Source: Candidatus Iainarchaeum sp. (GTDB lineage Archaea > Iainarchaeota > Iainarchaeia > Iainarchaeales > 0-14-0-20-30-16). Taken from it: a DNA stretch of 18,058 nt. The stretch covers positions 1 through 18,058 of the forward strand of contig CAIWXP010000042.1 in assembly GCA_903916665.1 (NCBI GenBank), given 5' to 3'. Made by a program: the position numbers and the translations under genes. Positions 6,091 through 14,279 of this stretch are shown here, in pieces. The notes under the pieces were generated by a model. It saw only the letters and a list, made by a program, of their open reading frames with translations. It was not told the DNA's origin and did no database searches. Positions within the stretch are counted from its first letter, which is position 1. Every line of letters begins with the position of its first letter.

Positions 6091-6762
6091 ATGGGAAAAG
6101 ATTTACTAGTAACTCCAGAAGAATATTTGAAATCTGGAATTCATATAGGTACAAGATATAAATCAAAGGGTATGAGAAAATATATTTTTAAATTAAGAAA
6201 AGATGGTTTAAAAGTTTTCTCTATTGAAACTATTGATGATAAATTAAGAAATTTAGCAAAATTCTTAGCTAACTACGATATGGAAAAAGTTGTATTAATA
6301 GGAAGAAGAGTTTTTGCAAAAACAGCAATAGAAAAATTTTGTAAAATAACTGGTGCAAAATCATACACTGGAAGATTTATCCCTGGTCAATTTACTAACC
6401 CACAAATGAGAAATTTTTTCGAACCTCAATTAATATTTATTGTTGAATCTAGTTTAGATAAACAGGCTGTTCATGAAGCTGGAAAAATAGATGTTCCTGT
6501 TGTTTCATTGAGTAGTGCAAATAATACATTAACAAATATTGATTATACTGTTCCTTGTAATAATAAAGGAAAGAAAAGTATTGCATTAATATTTTGGTTA
6601 TTAACTAGAGAATATCAAGTTGCAAAAGGAATAATTAAATCAAAAGATGAATTTACTCATAAAGTTGAAGATTTTGAATTTACTGGAAAAGAAAAATTTG
6701 TTAGAAATGATGAAGATAGAAGAGGAAGAAGACCAATGAGAGGTCAACAAAGAAGACATTAA
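6091..6762 (+). CDS. rps2: 30S ribosomal protein uS2
   Basis: LLVTPEEYLKSGIHIGT, together with the central VVSLSSANNTLTNIDYTVPCNNKG region, fits the archaeal S2/SAe family. GGTGA plus 4 nt precedes the ATG. There is an Arg-rich C-tail. Confidence 0.93.
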   Translation: MGKDLLVTPEEYLKSGIHIGTRYKSKGMRKYIFKLRKDGLKVFSIETIDDKLRNLAKFLANYDMEKVVLIGRRVFAKTAIEKFCKITGAKSYTGRFIPGQFTNPQMRNFFEPQLIFIVESSLDKQAVHEAGKIDVPVVSLSSANNTLTNIDYTVPCNNKGKKSIALIFWLLTREYQVAKGIIKSKDEFTHKVEDFEFTGKEKFVRNDEDRRGRRPMRGQQRRH

Positions 6763-6778
6763 TTAAAAGTAATAATTA

Positions 6779-6811
6779 TTTTCTTCTATTTTCTTTTAAT
6801 TTTGTTATTTT
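6779..6811 (+). terminator. Oligo-T rich tract after rps2
   Basis: TTTTCTTCTATTTTCTTTTAATTTTGTTATTTT contains multiple T4-5 runs. Archaeal RNAP terminates at oligo-T tracts (established knowledge). Confidence 0.4.
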
Positions 6812-6827
6812 ATTAAGATGGATTTTT

Positions 6828-9680
6828 ATGCAAATATATAATTTAGCAGAAGAAAATACTATTAAACAATTCTGGGAAAAAGAAAACATTCGACAAAAAT
6901 ATTTAGTAAAAAATAAATCATCAAAAAAGAAATTCTATTTTATGGATGGTCCACCATATGCAAATGGACATATTCATTTAGGTCACGCCCTAAATAAAAT
7001 CTCAAAAGATGTATCAATTAGATACAAAGTAATGAGAGGTTTTGATGTTTTTGCAAAAGCAGGTTATGATACTCACGGTGTTCCAATAGAACATAAAGTA
7101 CAAACTACTTTGAATTTAAAATTAAAAGAAGACATTGAAAGATATGGTGTTGAAAATTTTATAAAAAAATGTATTGATTCTGCAACTGAGCACATAGAAG
7201 ATATGAATAAAGAATTCTTGAATTTAGGTGCTTGGATGGACTATGAAAATGCCTATATTACATTGAATCCTACCTATATTGAAGGACTTTGGGAAGCATT
7301 CAAAAAAGCAGATGAAAAAGGTTTGTTATACAAAGGAAAATATCCTGTACATTTTTGTCCTGATTGTGGTACTGCATTATCATTCAATGAAATTGAACAT
7401 GCTACTTTAGATGATACATCAATTTATTTAAAATATAAAACTGATGACAATAGACAATTAATAATTTGGACAACAACTCCTTGGACTTTACCATCAAATG
7501 TTGGTGTTATGGTTCATCCTACTGAAACTTATTTAGATGTTCAAATTGGCTCAGAAATTTGGATTGTTGCTAAACCTTTATTGGAAAGTTTAGTAAATAA
7601 ATTGGAAGCTGGTTTTAGAATAATAAAGGAATACAAAGGAAAAGAACTAGAAGGTCTTCATTATACAAATCCATTAAACCCTTTGTTAAAATTACCTAAA
7701 TTGGAAAATGGTTTTAGAGTTGTAATGTCAGATAGATATGTTACAATGGACACAGGATCAGGATTAGTTCATTGTGGTTCTGCTCATGGTAAAGAAGATT
7801 ATGAAGTTGCAATACAAACAGGTTTGCCTATTTATACTTGTTTAAATGAACAAGGAGTATTTGGAAAAGAAGCAGGAAAATATGAAGGCATGAGAGCAAG
7901 AGATTCTAATGTTGTTGTAATAAATGATTTGAAAGAATTAGGTGTATTATTATTAGAGGAAAAGATATCACACGAATATCCTATTTGTTGGAGATGTCAT
8001 TCTCCTTTGTTACAGGTGGCAATGCCTCAATGGTTTTTGAAAATAACTGCAATTAGAGATGAGCTATTAAAAAATAATGAGACTGTTAATTGGCCTCAAC
8101 AATTTGCAGGTGCAAGATTTAAAAATTGGTTAACTAATTTAAGTGATTGGCCAGTATCAAGACAAAGATATTGGGGAACTCCTTTACCGGTATGGGTTTG
8201 CGATAAATGTGATAATCATAAAGTAATTGGTAATTTTGATGAATTGGATTCTTTAACTGGAAAAAAAGTTAATAGAACAATTATGGGTGTGCATAAACCT
8301 GCAATTGATGAATATACTTTTGCATGTTCAAATAAAAATTGTAAAGGAACAATGAAAAGAATTCCAGATGTTTTAGATGTTTGGTTTGATTCTGGTGCAA
8401 GTTCCTGGGGTGCTTTAAATTATCCTCACGAGAAAGAATTATTTGAAAATTATTGGCCTGCTGATTTGAATATAGAAGGAACAGATCAATTTAGAGGTTG
8501 GTGGAATTCTCAAATGATTTTATCAACAATTTGTTTTGGTAAAAGTCCTTTCAAAGCAATATTAGTTCATGGTATGGTTTTAGATATTAATAAAAGAGAA
8601 ATGCATAAATCTCATGGTAATGCAATAGGTCCAAATGATGCCATTGAAAAATATAATAGAGATGCATTAAGATATTATTTTGTTAAGAATTTACATGGTG
8701 AAGATTTCGCATTTGGTTTAGACCTATTAAAAGATTCAACAAAGTTTTTTAACATATTAACAAATGTTGGAAATTATATTGAAACCTATTTAGAAGGTAA
8801 TTTAGATATTGGTAATGAAGACTTGCCAGAAGAATTAAGTATTGAAGATCAATGGATAATATCAAGATTTAATAGTGTTAAAAAGGAAGTATTAGAATAC
8901 TATGATAATTATAATTTTTATAAAGTTCTTCCCGTATTAGAGCAATTTTTAGTGGAAGATTTTAGTAGAAAGTATATGAAGGTTGCAAAATCAAGAGAAG
9001 ATAAAACTAATTTATCTTTGGTGTTTGGCTATGTGTTTGGAAAATCAATAAAATTATTAGCACCAATATTACCTCATGTAACAGAATATATTTATAAGAA
9101 TTTTAATTTTAACAGTATACATTTAACAAGTATTTCAGATGTTGATAAAGAAAGAATTAATTTAGATTTGGAAAAAGAAATGGATTTGGTTTTAAACATT
9201 GTTCAATTGGGTTTAGGCTTAAGAGAACAACAAAAGCTAAGATTACGTTGGACATTACCAAAGTTCTATATTTTATTTAAGAAACCAGAATTAAAAGTAG
9301 AATTTTTACAATCAACTTTAGAGAATATGTTGAATGTTGATGAAGTTGAATTTTTGAAATCATCTAAAAAATTACCATTTGCAGAAACTGAGGAATATCA
9401 AGTTTTTGTTGACGAAAAGTTTAATGCAAAAACAAAAGAGCTATGGTTTACTCAAGAGTTACGTAGAGTAATCCAAGATGAAAGAAAGAAATTAAAGTTT
9501 ACTCCTCAAGACAAGAAGGAATTAACATTGTTCTTGGACAAAGCATCATTAAAGATTATTAAAGAGTGCCAAAAAGACTTTGAACAAAACACAAACACAA
9601 AAGTAACTTTACAAGACTTAAAAGACGAAACTAATTCTATTGATATTCTTGAGCATAAGGTTAAGTTTGAATTTAAATAA
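6828..9680 (+). CDS. ileS: Isoleucine--tRNA ligase (class I, with CP1 editing domain)
   Basis: The motifs present are GPPYANGHIHLGHALNK (HIGH), WTTTPWTLPSN and GSGLVHCGSAHGKEDY (editing domain), DWPVSRQRYWGTPLP, EGTDQFRGWW, and a KMSKS-position sequence EMHKSHGN. Zn knuckles are CPDC/CWRC and CDKC..C..C. Confidence 0.9.
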   Translation: MQIYNLAEENTIKQFWEKENIRQKYLVKNKSSKKKFYFMDGPPYANGHIHLGHALNKISKDVSIRYKVMRGFDVFAKAGYDTHGVPIEHKVQTTLNLKLKEDIERYGVENFIKKCIDSATEHIEDMNKEFLNLGAWMDYENAYITLNPTYIEGLWEAFKKADEKGLLYKGKYPVHFCPDCGTALSFNEIEHATLDDTSIYLKYKTDDNRQLIIWTTTPWTLPSNVGVMVHPTETYLDVQIGSEIWIVAKPLLESLVNKLEAGFRIIKEYKGKELEGLHYTNPLNPLLKLPKLENGFRVVMSDRYVTMDTGSGLVHCGSAHGKEDYEVAIQTGLPIYTCLNEQGVFGKEAGKYEGMRARDSNVVVINDLKELGVLLLEEKISHEYPICWRCHSPLLQVAMPQWFLKITAIRDELLKNNETVNWPQQFAGARFKNWLTNLSDWPVSRQRYWGTPLPVWVCDKCDNHKVIGNFDELDSLTGKKVNRTIMGVHKPAIDEYTFACSNKNCKGTMKRIPDVLDVWFDSGASSWGALNYPHEKELFENYWPADLNIEGTDQFRGWWNSQMILSTICFGKSPFKAILVHGMVLDINKREMHKSHGNAIGPNDAIEKYNRDALRYYFVKNLHGEDFAFGLDLLKDSTKFFNILTNVGNYIETYLEGNLDIGNEDLPEELSIEDQWIISRFNSVKKEVLEYYDNYNFYKVLPVLEQFLVEDFSRKYMKVAKSREDKTNLSLVFGYVFGKSIKLLAPILPHVTEYIYKNFNFNSIHLTSISDVDKERINLDLEKEMDLVLNIVQLGLGLREQQKLRLRWTLPKFYILFKKPELKVEFLQSTLENMLNVDEVEFLKSSKKLPFAETEEYQVFVDEKFNAKTKELWFTQELRRVIQDERKKLKFTPQDKKELTLFLDKASLKIIKECQKDFEQNTNTKVTLQDLKDETNSIDILEHKVKFEFK

Positions 9681-9692
9681 TTCAAATTATCA

Positions 9693-9706
9693 TTTCTTTT
9701 TATTTT
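9693..9706 (+). terminator. Oligo-T tract after ileS
   Basis: TTTCTTTTTATTTT begins 13 nt after the ileS stop. Confidence 0.4.
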
Positions 9707-9713
9707 AAATCTA

Positions 9714-9723
9714 TTTTTATAAT
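9714..9723 (+). promoter_or_regulatory. TATA-box-like element for the phosphatase gene (leaderless transcript predicted)
   Basis: TTTTTATAAT is centred about 25 nt upstream of ATG 9743. No SD lies between them. Confidence 0.4.
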
Positions 9724-9742
9724 TTACTAATTTTACATCTTT

Positions 9743-10216
9743 ATGGTTAATGTATTATTTGTTTGTACTGGCAATGTATTTAGAAGTATGATTGCCGAGT
9801 ACTGCTTTAAAGACTTCATTAAAAAAAACAAAATAAAATATTACATTGTTGATTCCTGTGGTATTGAAGTATGCGAACAAAAATCAAGGAAAGAAGTAAT
9901 TGATAGATTAAAGGAGCACGGAATTAAATTAAAGCATCACTACAAAGAAATTGATATTAAGTTAATTAATTGGGCAGATATAATAATTGCCATGAGTAAA
10001 AATCATAGAAAATATATTAAAGATCATTTTGGTGTTAGTGCCTATTTATTTAATGAATTAGCAATTGGAGAAAAAACTAGTGTTTTAGACTTTGGCGAAT
10101 TTAATCCTAAAATAAAATCATTTAAAGAAAAAAATTACAAACAGATATTAAATTATATGCTAATTTTATGGTGGACTATATTTATTCAAAAACACCAAAA
10201 CTTTTTAGAACGATAA
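9743..10216 (+). CDS. Low-molecular-weight protein-tyrosine phosphatase family protein
   Basis: The N-terminal P-loop VLFVCTGNVFRS is the CX5R(S/T) signature, and the 157-aa size is typical. A candidate general-acid Asp sits in SVLDFGEF. There is no SD; the ATG lies about 25 nt downstream of a TATA-like box, suggesting a leaderless mRNA. Confidence 0.8.
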   Translation: MVNVLFVCTGNVFRSMIAEYCFKDFIKKNKIKYYIVDSCGIEVCEQKSRKEVIDRLKEHGIKLKHHYKEIDIKLINWADIIIAMSKNHRKYIKDHFGVSAYLFNELAIGEKTSVLDFGEFNPKIKSFKEKNYKQILNYMLILWWTIFIQKHQNFLER

Positions 10217-10247
10217 ACAAACTTTTTAAAACATAATAAAAGTTAGG

Positions 10248-10255
10248 TTTATAAT
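10248..10255 (+). promoter_or_regulatory. TATA-box-like element for the 279-aa unknown gene
   Basis: TTTATAAT is centred about 30 nt upstream of ATG 10282. There is no correctly spaced SD. Confidence 0.3.
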
Positions 10256-10281
10256 GATTATGAACTTTTTATATTAGTGGT

Positions 10282-11121
10282 ATGATGGTTACGGGAATTA
10301 CTTTAGAATCTTTTGGTTTAAATTTTAGAAAAGCAAACATTACAGAAAAAGCAAATATTTTAGAAAGATTATTAGAGGATTTAAAAAAAGGAAATGTAGT
10401 TGATCAACCACTTGTTGAATATGTATCAAGATATTCAAATGTTGATTATAATAAAAAATTAAAAAAAGCTGCAAATGCCTTGGTAAATTATACTTTAGAA
10501 AATCCAAAATCAATTTTTCCAAGAATTATTAAAAAGTCATTGAAAGAAGTTTTTAAAACAGCAAGTGCTAGTGAAAAACAAAAGTATATACACGGTTTAT
10601 TTGAATTATTATATGATTTTGAGAATAAAAAATTTACTGGTAGAACATTGGCATCTGATTTGTTAGAACAACTTGTTGAAATTGTTGGAGATAATTCATT
10701 TAATCCAATTACAAGAACCAACATTTTAAAAGTTATTAATTTAGCAATAAAATCAGGTTCAGATTCAAGAACAATAAATAAATCTTTAATTAGTTTATTA
10801 GACTCGGAAGAATATTTTGTAAAAGATTTGGCATTTAAGATTTTAGATTTAAATTTAAGACAAAGAAAATATTCTAATTTGGAAATAGAAGCATTATTTG
10901 ATTTTGCAAGAACAAAATCTAATTTAGGAAAATATGAATTAGATTTAAGAAAAGCTATTGAAACAGCAAGAGCAAATCATAGTTCAAGTTTAAGAGATGT
11001 TAGAGAAAGTGGATTAGGTTCTAGAGTTATGAAAGCATTGGAAGCAAAAGGAAAAATAAATACAGGAAGAAAAAAACCAAAATTCGAACCCTATACTCCT
11101 AGAAGAATATTAAAACCTTGA
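10282..11121 (+). CDS. Hypothetical protein, predicted all-alpha (HEAT/ARM-like?) with basic C-terminal tail
   Basis: The 279-aa ORF has the same strand and codon style as its neighbours, and I recognise no family motif. It shows helical Leu/Ile-heptad-like composition and the tail GRKKPKFEPYTPRRILKP. Its stop is followed directly by the SD of the next gene. Confidence 0.6.
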   Translation: MMVTGITLESFGLNFRKANITEKANILERLLEDLKKGNVVDQPLVEYVSRYSNVDYNKKLKKAANALVNYTLENPKSIFPRIIKKSLKEVFKTASASEKQKYIHGLFELLYDFENKKFTGRTLASDLLEQLVEIVGDNSFNPITRTNILKVINLAIKSGSDSRTINKSLISLLDSEEYFVKDLAFKILDLNLRQRKYSNLEIEALFDFARTKSNLGKYELDLRKAIETARANHSSSLRDVRESGLGSRVMKALEAKGKINTGRKKPKFEPYTPRRILKP

Positions 11122-11134
11122 AATGGTGATGTTT

Positions 11135-11596
11135 ATGAAATTGTGGAACTTCTTTAGTTTTGTAAAAAAGTATAAAGACCCCAGTGTAACTAAAATTGAG
11201 GCTCCAAAGCTAAATTTTGGTCAAAAAGCAGCTGATGTGTTTACTTCCTGGGTTGGTTCTTGGTCTTTTATTATTGGGATTATGATTATAATAGTTGCCT
11301 GGGCAATATTAAATACTTTGGCAATGATTTACCATTGGGATCCCTATCCTTTTATCCTATTAAATTTAGCATTATCTTGCATTGCAGCTTTGCAAGCACC
11401 AATTATTTTAATGAGTCAAAATAGAACAGCAGAAATTGATAGAGTAAGAGCAGAATATGATTATCAAGTAAACATAAAAGCAGAGAAAGAAATTCAGGAT
11501 ATGCAGCGAGACTTTGAACAGGTTAAGTCAATGATTAAAGAATTACATGAACATCATCATAATACTATCGCAAATAAATCCAAGCAAACTAGATAG
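11135..11596 (+). CDS. DUF1003 family membrane protein
   Basis: FGQKAADVFTSWVGSWSFI...WDPYPFILLNLALSCIAALQAPIILMSQNRTAEIDRVRAEYDYQVNIKAEKEI matches the DUF1003 pattern as I recall it: two TM helices followed by a coiled coil. ATG 11135 follows GGTGAT plus 4 nt. The track start 11123 is less likely. Confidence 0.8.
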   Translation: MKLWNFFSFVKKYKDPSVTKIEAPKLNFGQKAADVFTSWVGSWSFIIGIMIIIVAWAILNTLAMIYHWDPYPFILLNLALSCIAALQAPIILMSQNRTAEIDRVRAEYDYQVNIKAEKEIQDMQRDFEQVKSMIKELHEHHHNTIANKSKQTR

Positions 11597-11650
11597 GCTT
11601 TATAAACCTTTACTGCCCCTATATTATAATATTAAAATTCTATTTTTAAT

Positions 11651-11682
11651 GGCTATGACTTTGATGGAGGAATGATTATGCC
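11651..11682 (+). promoter_or_regulatory. Candidate k-turn stem-loop in the rpl7ae 5' leader, covering the SD and start codon
   Basis: Hand fold: GGC-UAU-GA-CUU-[UGAUGG]-AGG-AAU-GA-UUA-(U)-GCC. Tandem G.A/A.G pairs form at 11657/11675 and 11658/11674, with a 3-nt bulge AAU (11671-11673) and a U.U pair at 3b.3n. The C helix is 11659-61/11668-70 and the NC helix closes with GGC/GCC. Confidence 0.4.
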
Positions 11683-12043
11683 GCAATATGTTAAATACAC
11701 TGTAACTGAGGATACAACAAAGAGATTAGTTGATCTTTTAGGAAAAGTAGCAAAAACTGGAAAAGTAAAAGCAGGAGTTAATGAAGTAACTAAAATGATC
11801 GAAAGAGGTCAAGCAAAATTAGTTATTTTAGCAGAAGATGTAACACCTGAAGAATTATTATACCACATGCCTGTTTTATGTAACGAAAAGAAAATACCTT
11901 TCACTTATTTTTCACAAAGAAAAGAATTAGGTAAAGTTTCTGGATTATCTGTTAGTGCATCATGTATTGCAGTAATCAACGAAGGCGTAGCAAAGAAGGA
12001 ATTAGACGATTTAGTAAAAAATATTAAAGAATTGATTAAGTAA
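11678..12043 (+). CDS. rpl7ae: 50S ribosomal protein L7Ae (eL8 family, k-turn binding)
   Basis: GVNEVTKMIERGQAKLVILAEDVTPEELLYHMPVLCNEKKIPFTYF is the L7Ae/L30e signature. GGAGG (11666-11670) is 7 nt from ATG 11678 and only 1 nt from ATG 11672, the alternative start. Confidence 0.93.
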   Translation: MPQYVKYTVTEDTTKRLVDLLGKVAKTGKVKAGVNEVTKMIERGQAKLVILAEDVTPEELLYHMPVLCNEKKIPFTYFSQRKELGKVSGLSVSASCIAVINEGVAKKELDDLVKNIKELIK

Positions 12044-12057
12044 AGTGGGTGATGCTA

Positions 12058-12276
12058 ATGGCTGATTATGAAGAACAAGGAACACCTGCCGAAGTAGTTA
12101 ATGTTATTAAAAGAACTGGAGTTTCAGGTGAAGTAACTCAAGTATTATGTAAAATTTTAGATGGTCCTGAAAAAGGAAGAGTAAAAAGAAGAAACGTAAA
12201 AGGAAGAGTAAAGAAAGGCGATGTTTTAGTATTAGTAAACACTCAAAAAGAAGCTAAAGATATTGCTGCAAGGTGA
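12058..12276 (+). CDS. rps28e: 30S ribosomal protein eS28 (S28e)
   Basis: GTPAEVVNVIKRTGVSGEVTQVLCKILDGPEKGRVKRRNVKGRVKKGDVLVL is typical S28e. GGTGAT plus 4 nt precedes ATG 12058. Confidence 0.93.
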   Translation: MADYEEQGTPAEVVNVIKRTGVSGEVTQVLCKILDGPEKGRVKRRNVKGRVKKGDVLVLVNTQKEAKDIAAR

Positions 12277-12281
12277 TATGC

Positions 12282-12500
12282 ATGAAATGTAGTTATTGTA
12301 ATAAAAATGTTTCCGAAGGTACAGGAATTTTATATGTTAAAAAAGATGGTACCGCATATAACTTTTGCTCAGGCAAATGTCAAACAAATATGCTAAAATT
12401 AAAAAGAAAAGCATCTAAAGTAAAGTGGATTACAAAATCTCAAGAAGCTAAAGAGTTACATTTAGTAAAGAAAGAAAAGAAAGTAACAAAGAAGAAATAA
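12282..12500 (+). CDS. rpl24e: 50S ribosomal protein eL24 (L24e)
   Basis: MKCSYCNKNVSEGTGILYVKKDGTAYNFCSGKC is the L24e zinc-ribbon N-terminus. GGTGAT plus 4 nt precedes ATG 12282, and this SD contains the rps28e TGA stop. Confidence 0.93.
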   Translation: MKCSYCNKNVSEGTGILYVKKDGTAYNFCSGKCQTNMLKLKRKASKVKWITKSQEAKELHLVKKEKKVTKKK

Positions 12501-12506
12501 GGGTGC

Positions 12507-14255
12507 GTGATACCCTTGATACGAGCACCTATAGTTGTTGTTGGAGGTCATGTTGATCATGGCAAAACAACATTGTTGGATTATTTAAGAGGTTCTGCCA
12601 TAGCTGAAAAAGAAGCAGGTAGAATCACTCAACATATAGGTGCTACGGAAATTCCTCTAGATTTAATAAAAAAGCAGTCTGGAGAACTACTTCAAAAATA
12701 TGGTTTTAATTTGAAAATACCGGGTTTACTATTTATAGATACACCAGGTCATGAAGCCTTTGCTACTTTAAGAGAAAGAGGAGCATCAATTGCTGATATT
12801 GGTGTTTTAGTAATTGATATTTTACAAGGAGTTCAACCTCAAACTGTTGAAGTTATTAATCATTTGAAAAATAATAAAACTCCTTTTGTAGTTGCAATAA
12901 CTAAAATTGATAAAATAAAAGGATTTCCCGAAAAAGTAAGTATAAAAGAAGTTTTGAAGGAAGTAGATGAAGGCAAGACTTTATATGCTCAAGAATTTAA
13001 TGAAAAATTTTATAGAGCAATGAGTCAATTATCTGAATATGGATTTGATTCAGATAGATATGATAATGTTCAAGATTTTACAAAAAAAATATTATTAATA
13101 CCTTTAAGCTCACGTACAGGCATTGGCATGCCTGAATTATTGCTATTCCTATCTGGATTAGCTCAAAAGTACTTGGAAGCTAATTTAGCTTTAAATATCG
13201 AAGGCCCGGGCAAAGCAGTAATCCTAGAAACCAACGAGACCAAAGGTTTTGGCAAAACAGCAGATATAATTCTATATGACGGCATTCTACATAAAGGTGC
13301 CATTGTTAAAGTTGATTCCAAAGATAATTTTTATGTTACCAAAGTTAAACAGCTATTAAAACCCGTTGCTTTGAGTGATTTACGAACTGTTACAAGTTTT
13401 ACTACTGTAGAGAGTGTGAGCGCAGCAGCAGGTCTAAAAGTAGTGTTTAATGACCCTGATTTTATTACTCCTGGGGATGAAGTATCTGTTATTACTCAAG
13501 AGGAAGCAGATAAGTTAGAAAGCACAAAGAAAAGCATATGCACTGTAAAGGAAAAAGGGGTAGTTGTAAGGGCTGATACTCAAGGTTCTTTAGATGCGAT
13601 TATGTCTTTGGCCTGTAAGTATGATGTTGCCATAGGTAAGCTAAGTGCAGGTAATTTAACTAAAGAAGATGTTTTAGAAGCGAAATTATTTGGCAGAGAA
13701 GATTTACTCTATGGGGCAATTTTTTGTTTTAATATCAAGATTTTACCCGAAGTGGAATTATACGCAAAAGCCCAAGGAATTCCCATATTTAGCTCAAATG
13801 TAATTTATAAAATATTTGATGAATATGCAAAGTGGGTAATAGAGGTTTCAAGTAAAAAGAAAGAAGAAGATATGAAAGATATAAAATATCCTGTTAAATT
13901 AGAAATTTTTAAAGATTGTATATTTAGAAAGTGTAAGCCTGCAGTATTTGGCGTTAAAGTTATTGATGGAATATTAAAGCCTGGAATTAAAGTAATTTGG
14001 AAAGGTAAAGAAATAGGAATGATTAAACAAATTCAGATAAATGGTAAAGCAGTTGGAGAGGCTAAAAAGGATGCAGAAATTGCAGTATCCAGTGATGATA
14101 TTAGCTTTGAAAAGGATATAGATATAAATTTAAGTACATTATTATATACATATATACCGGTTTCTCAACGAGAAGTGATTAAAAAACACTTGTCAAGCGA
14201 GTACCCTGATTTAATTAACGAAATCTTTGATATTTATGAAAAAAATGATTTATAA
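12507..14255 (+). CDS. infB: Translation initiation factor aIF5B (IF-2 family GTPase)
   Basis: The G-domain motifs are RAPIVVVGGHVDHGKTTLLDYLRGS, DTPGHEAF and TKID. The length and the position after rpl24e are canonical. The start is ambiguous. GTG 12507 is the track start. TTG 12516 has the better SD geometry (CGTGAT plus 4 nt) and gives M-IRAPIV. Confidence 0.92.
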   Translation: MIPLIRAPIVVVGGHVDHGKTTLLDYLRGSAIAEKEAGRITQHIGATEIPLDLIKKQSGELLQKYGFNLKIPGLLFIDTPGHEAFATLRERGASIADIGVLVIDILQGVQPQTVEVINHLKNNKTPFVVAITKIDKIKGFPEKVSIKEVLKEVDEGKTLYAQEFNEKFYRAMSQLSEYGFDSDRYDNVQDFTKKILLIPLSSRTGIGMPELLLFLSGLAQKYLEANLALNIEGPGKAVILETNETKGFGKTADIILYDGILHKGAIVKVDSKDNFYVTKVKQLLKPVALSDLRTVTSFTTVESVSAAAGLKVVFNDPDFITPGDEVSVITQEEADKLESTKKSICTVKEKGVVVRADTQGSLDAIMSLACKYDVAIGKLSAGNLTKEDVLEAKLFGREDLLYGAIFCFNIKILPEVELYAKAQGIPIFSSNVIYKIFDEYAKWVIEVSSKKKEEDMKDIKYPVKLEIFKDCIFRKCKPAVFGVKVIDGILKPGIKVIWKGKEIGMIKQIQINGKAVGEAKKDAEIAVSSDDISFEKDIDINLSTLLYTYIPVSQREVIKKHLSSEYPDLINEIFDIYEKNDL

Positions 14256-14279
14256 TAAATATATTTTTGAGGTGTTTCA

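Noticed and set aside
9743-10216. The LMW-PTP family protein as an ArsC-type arsenate reductase.
   Set aside because: Only the P-loop Cys is in the expected position. I cannot place the downstream Cys pair of the thioredoxin-coupled ArsC triad, and there are no ars genes nearby.
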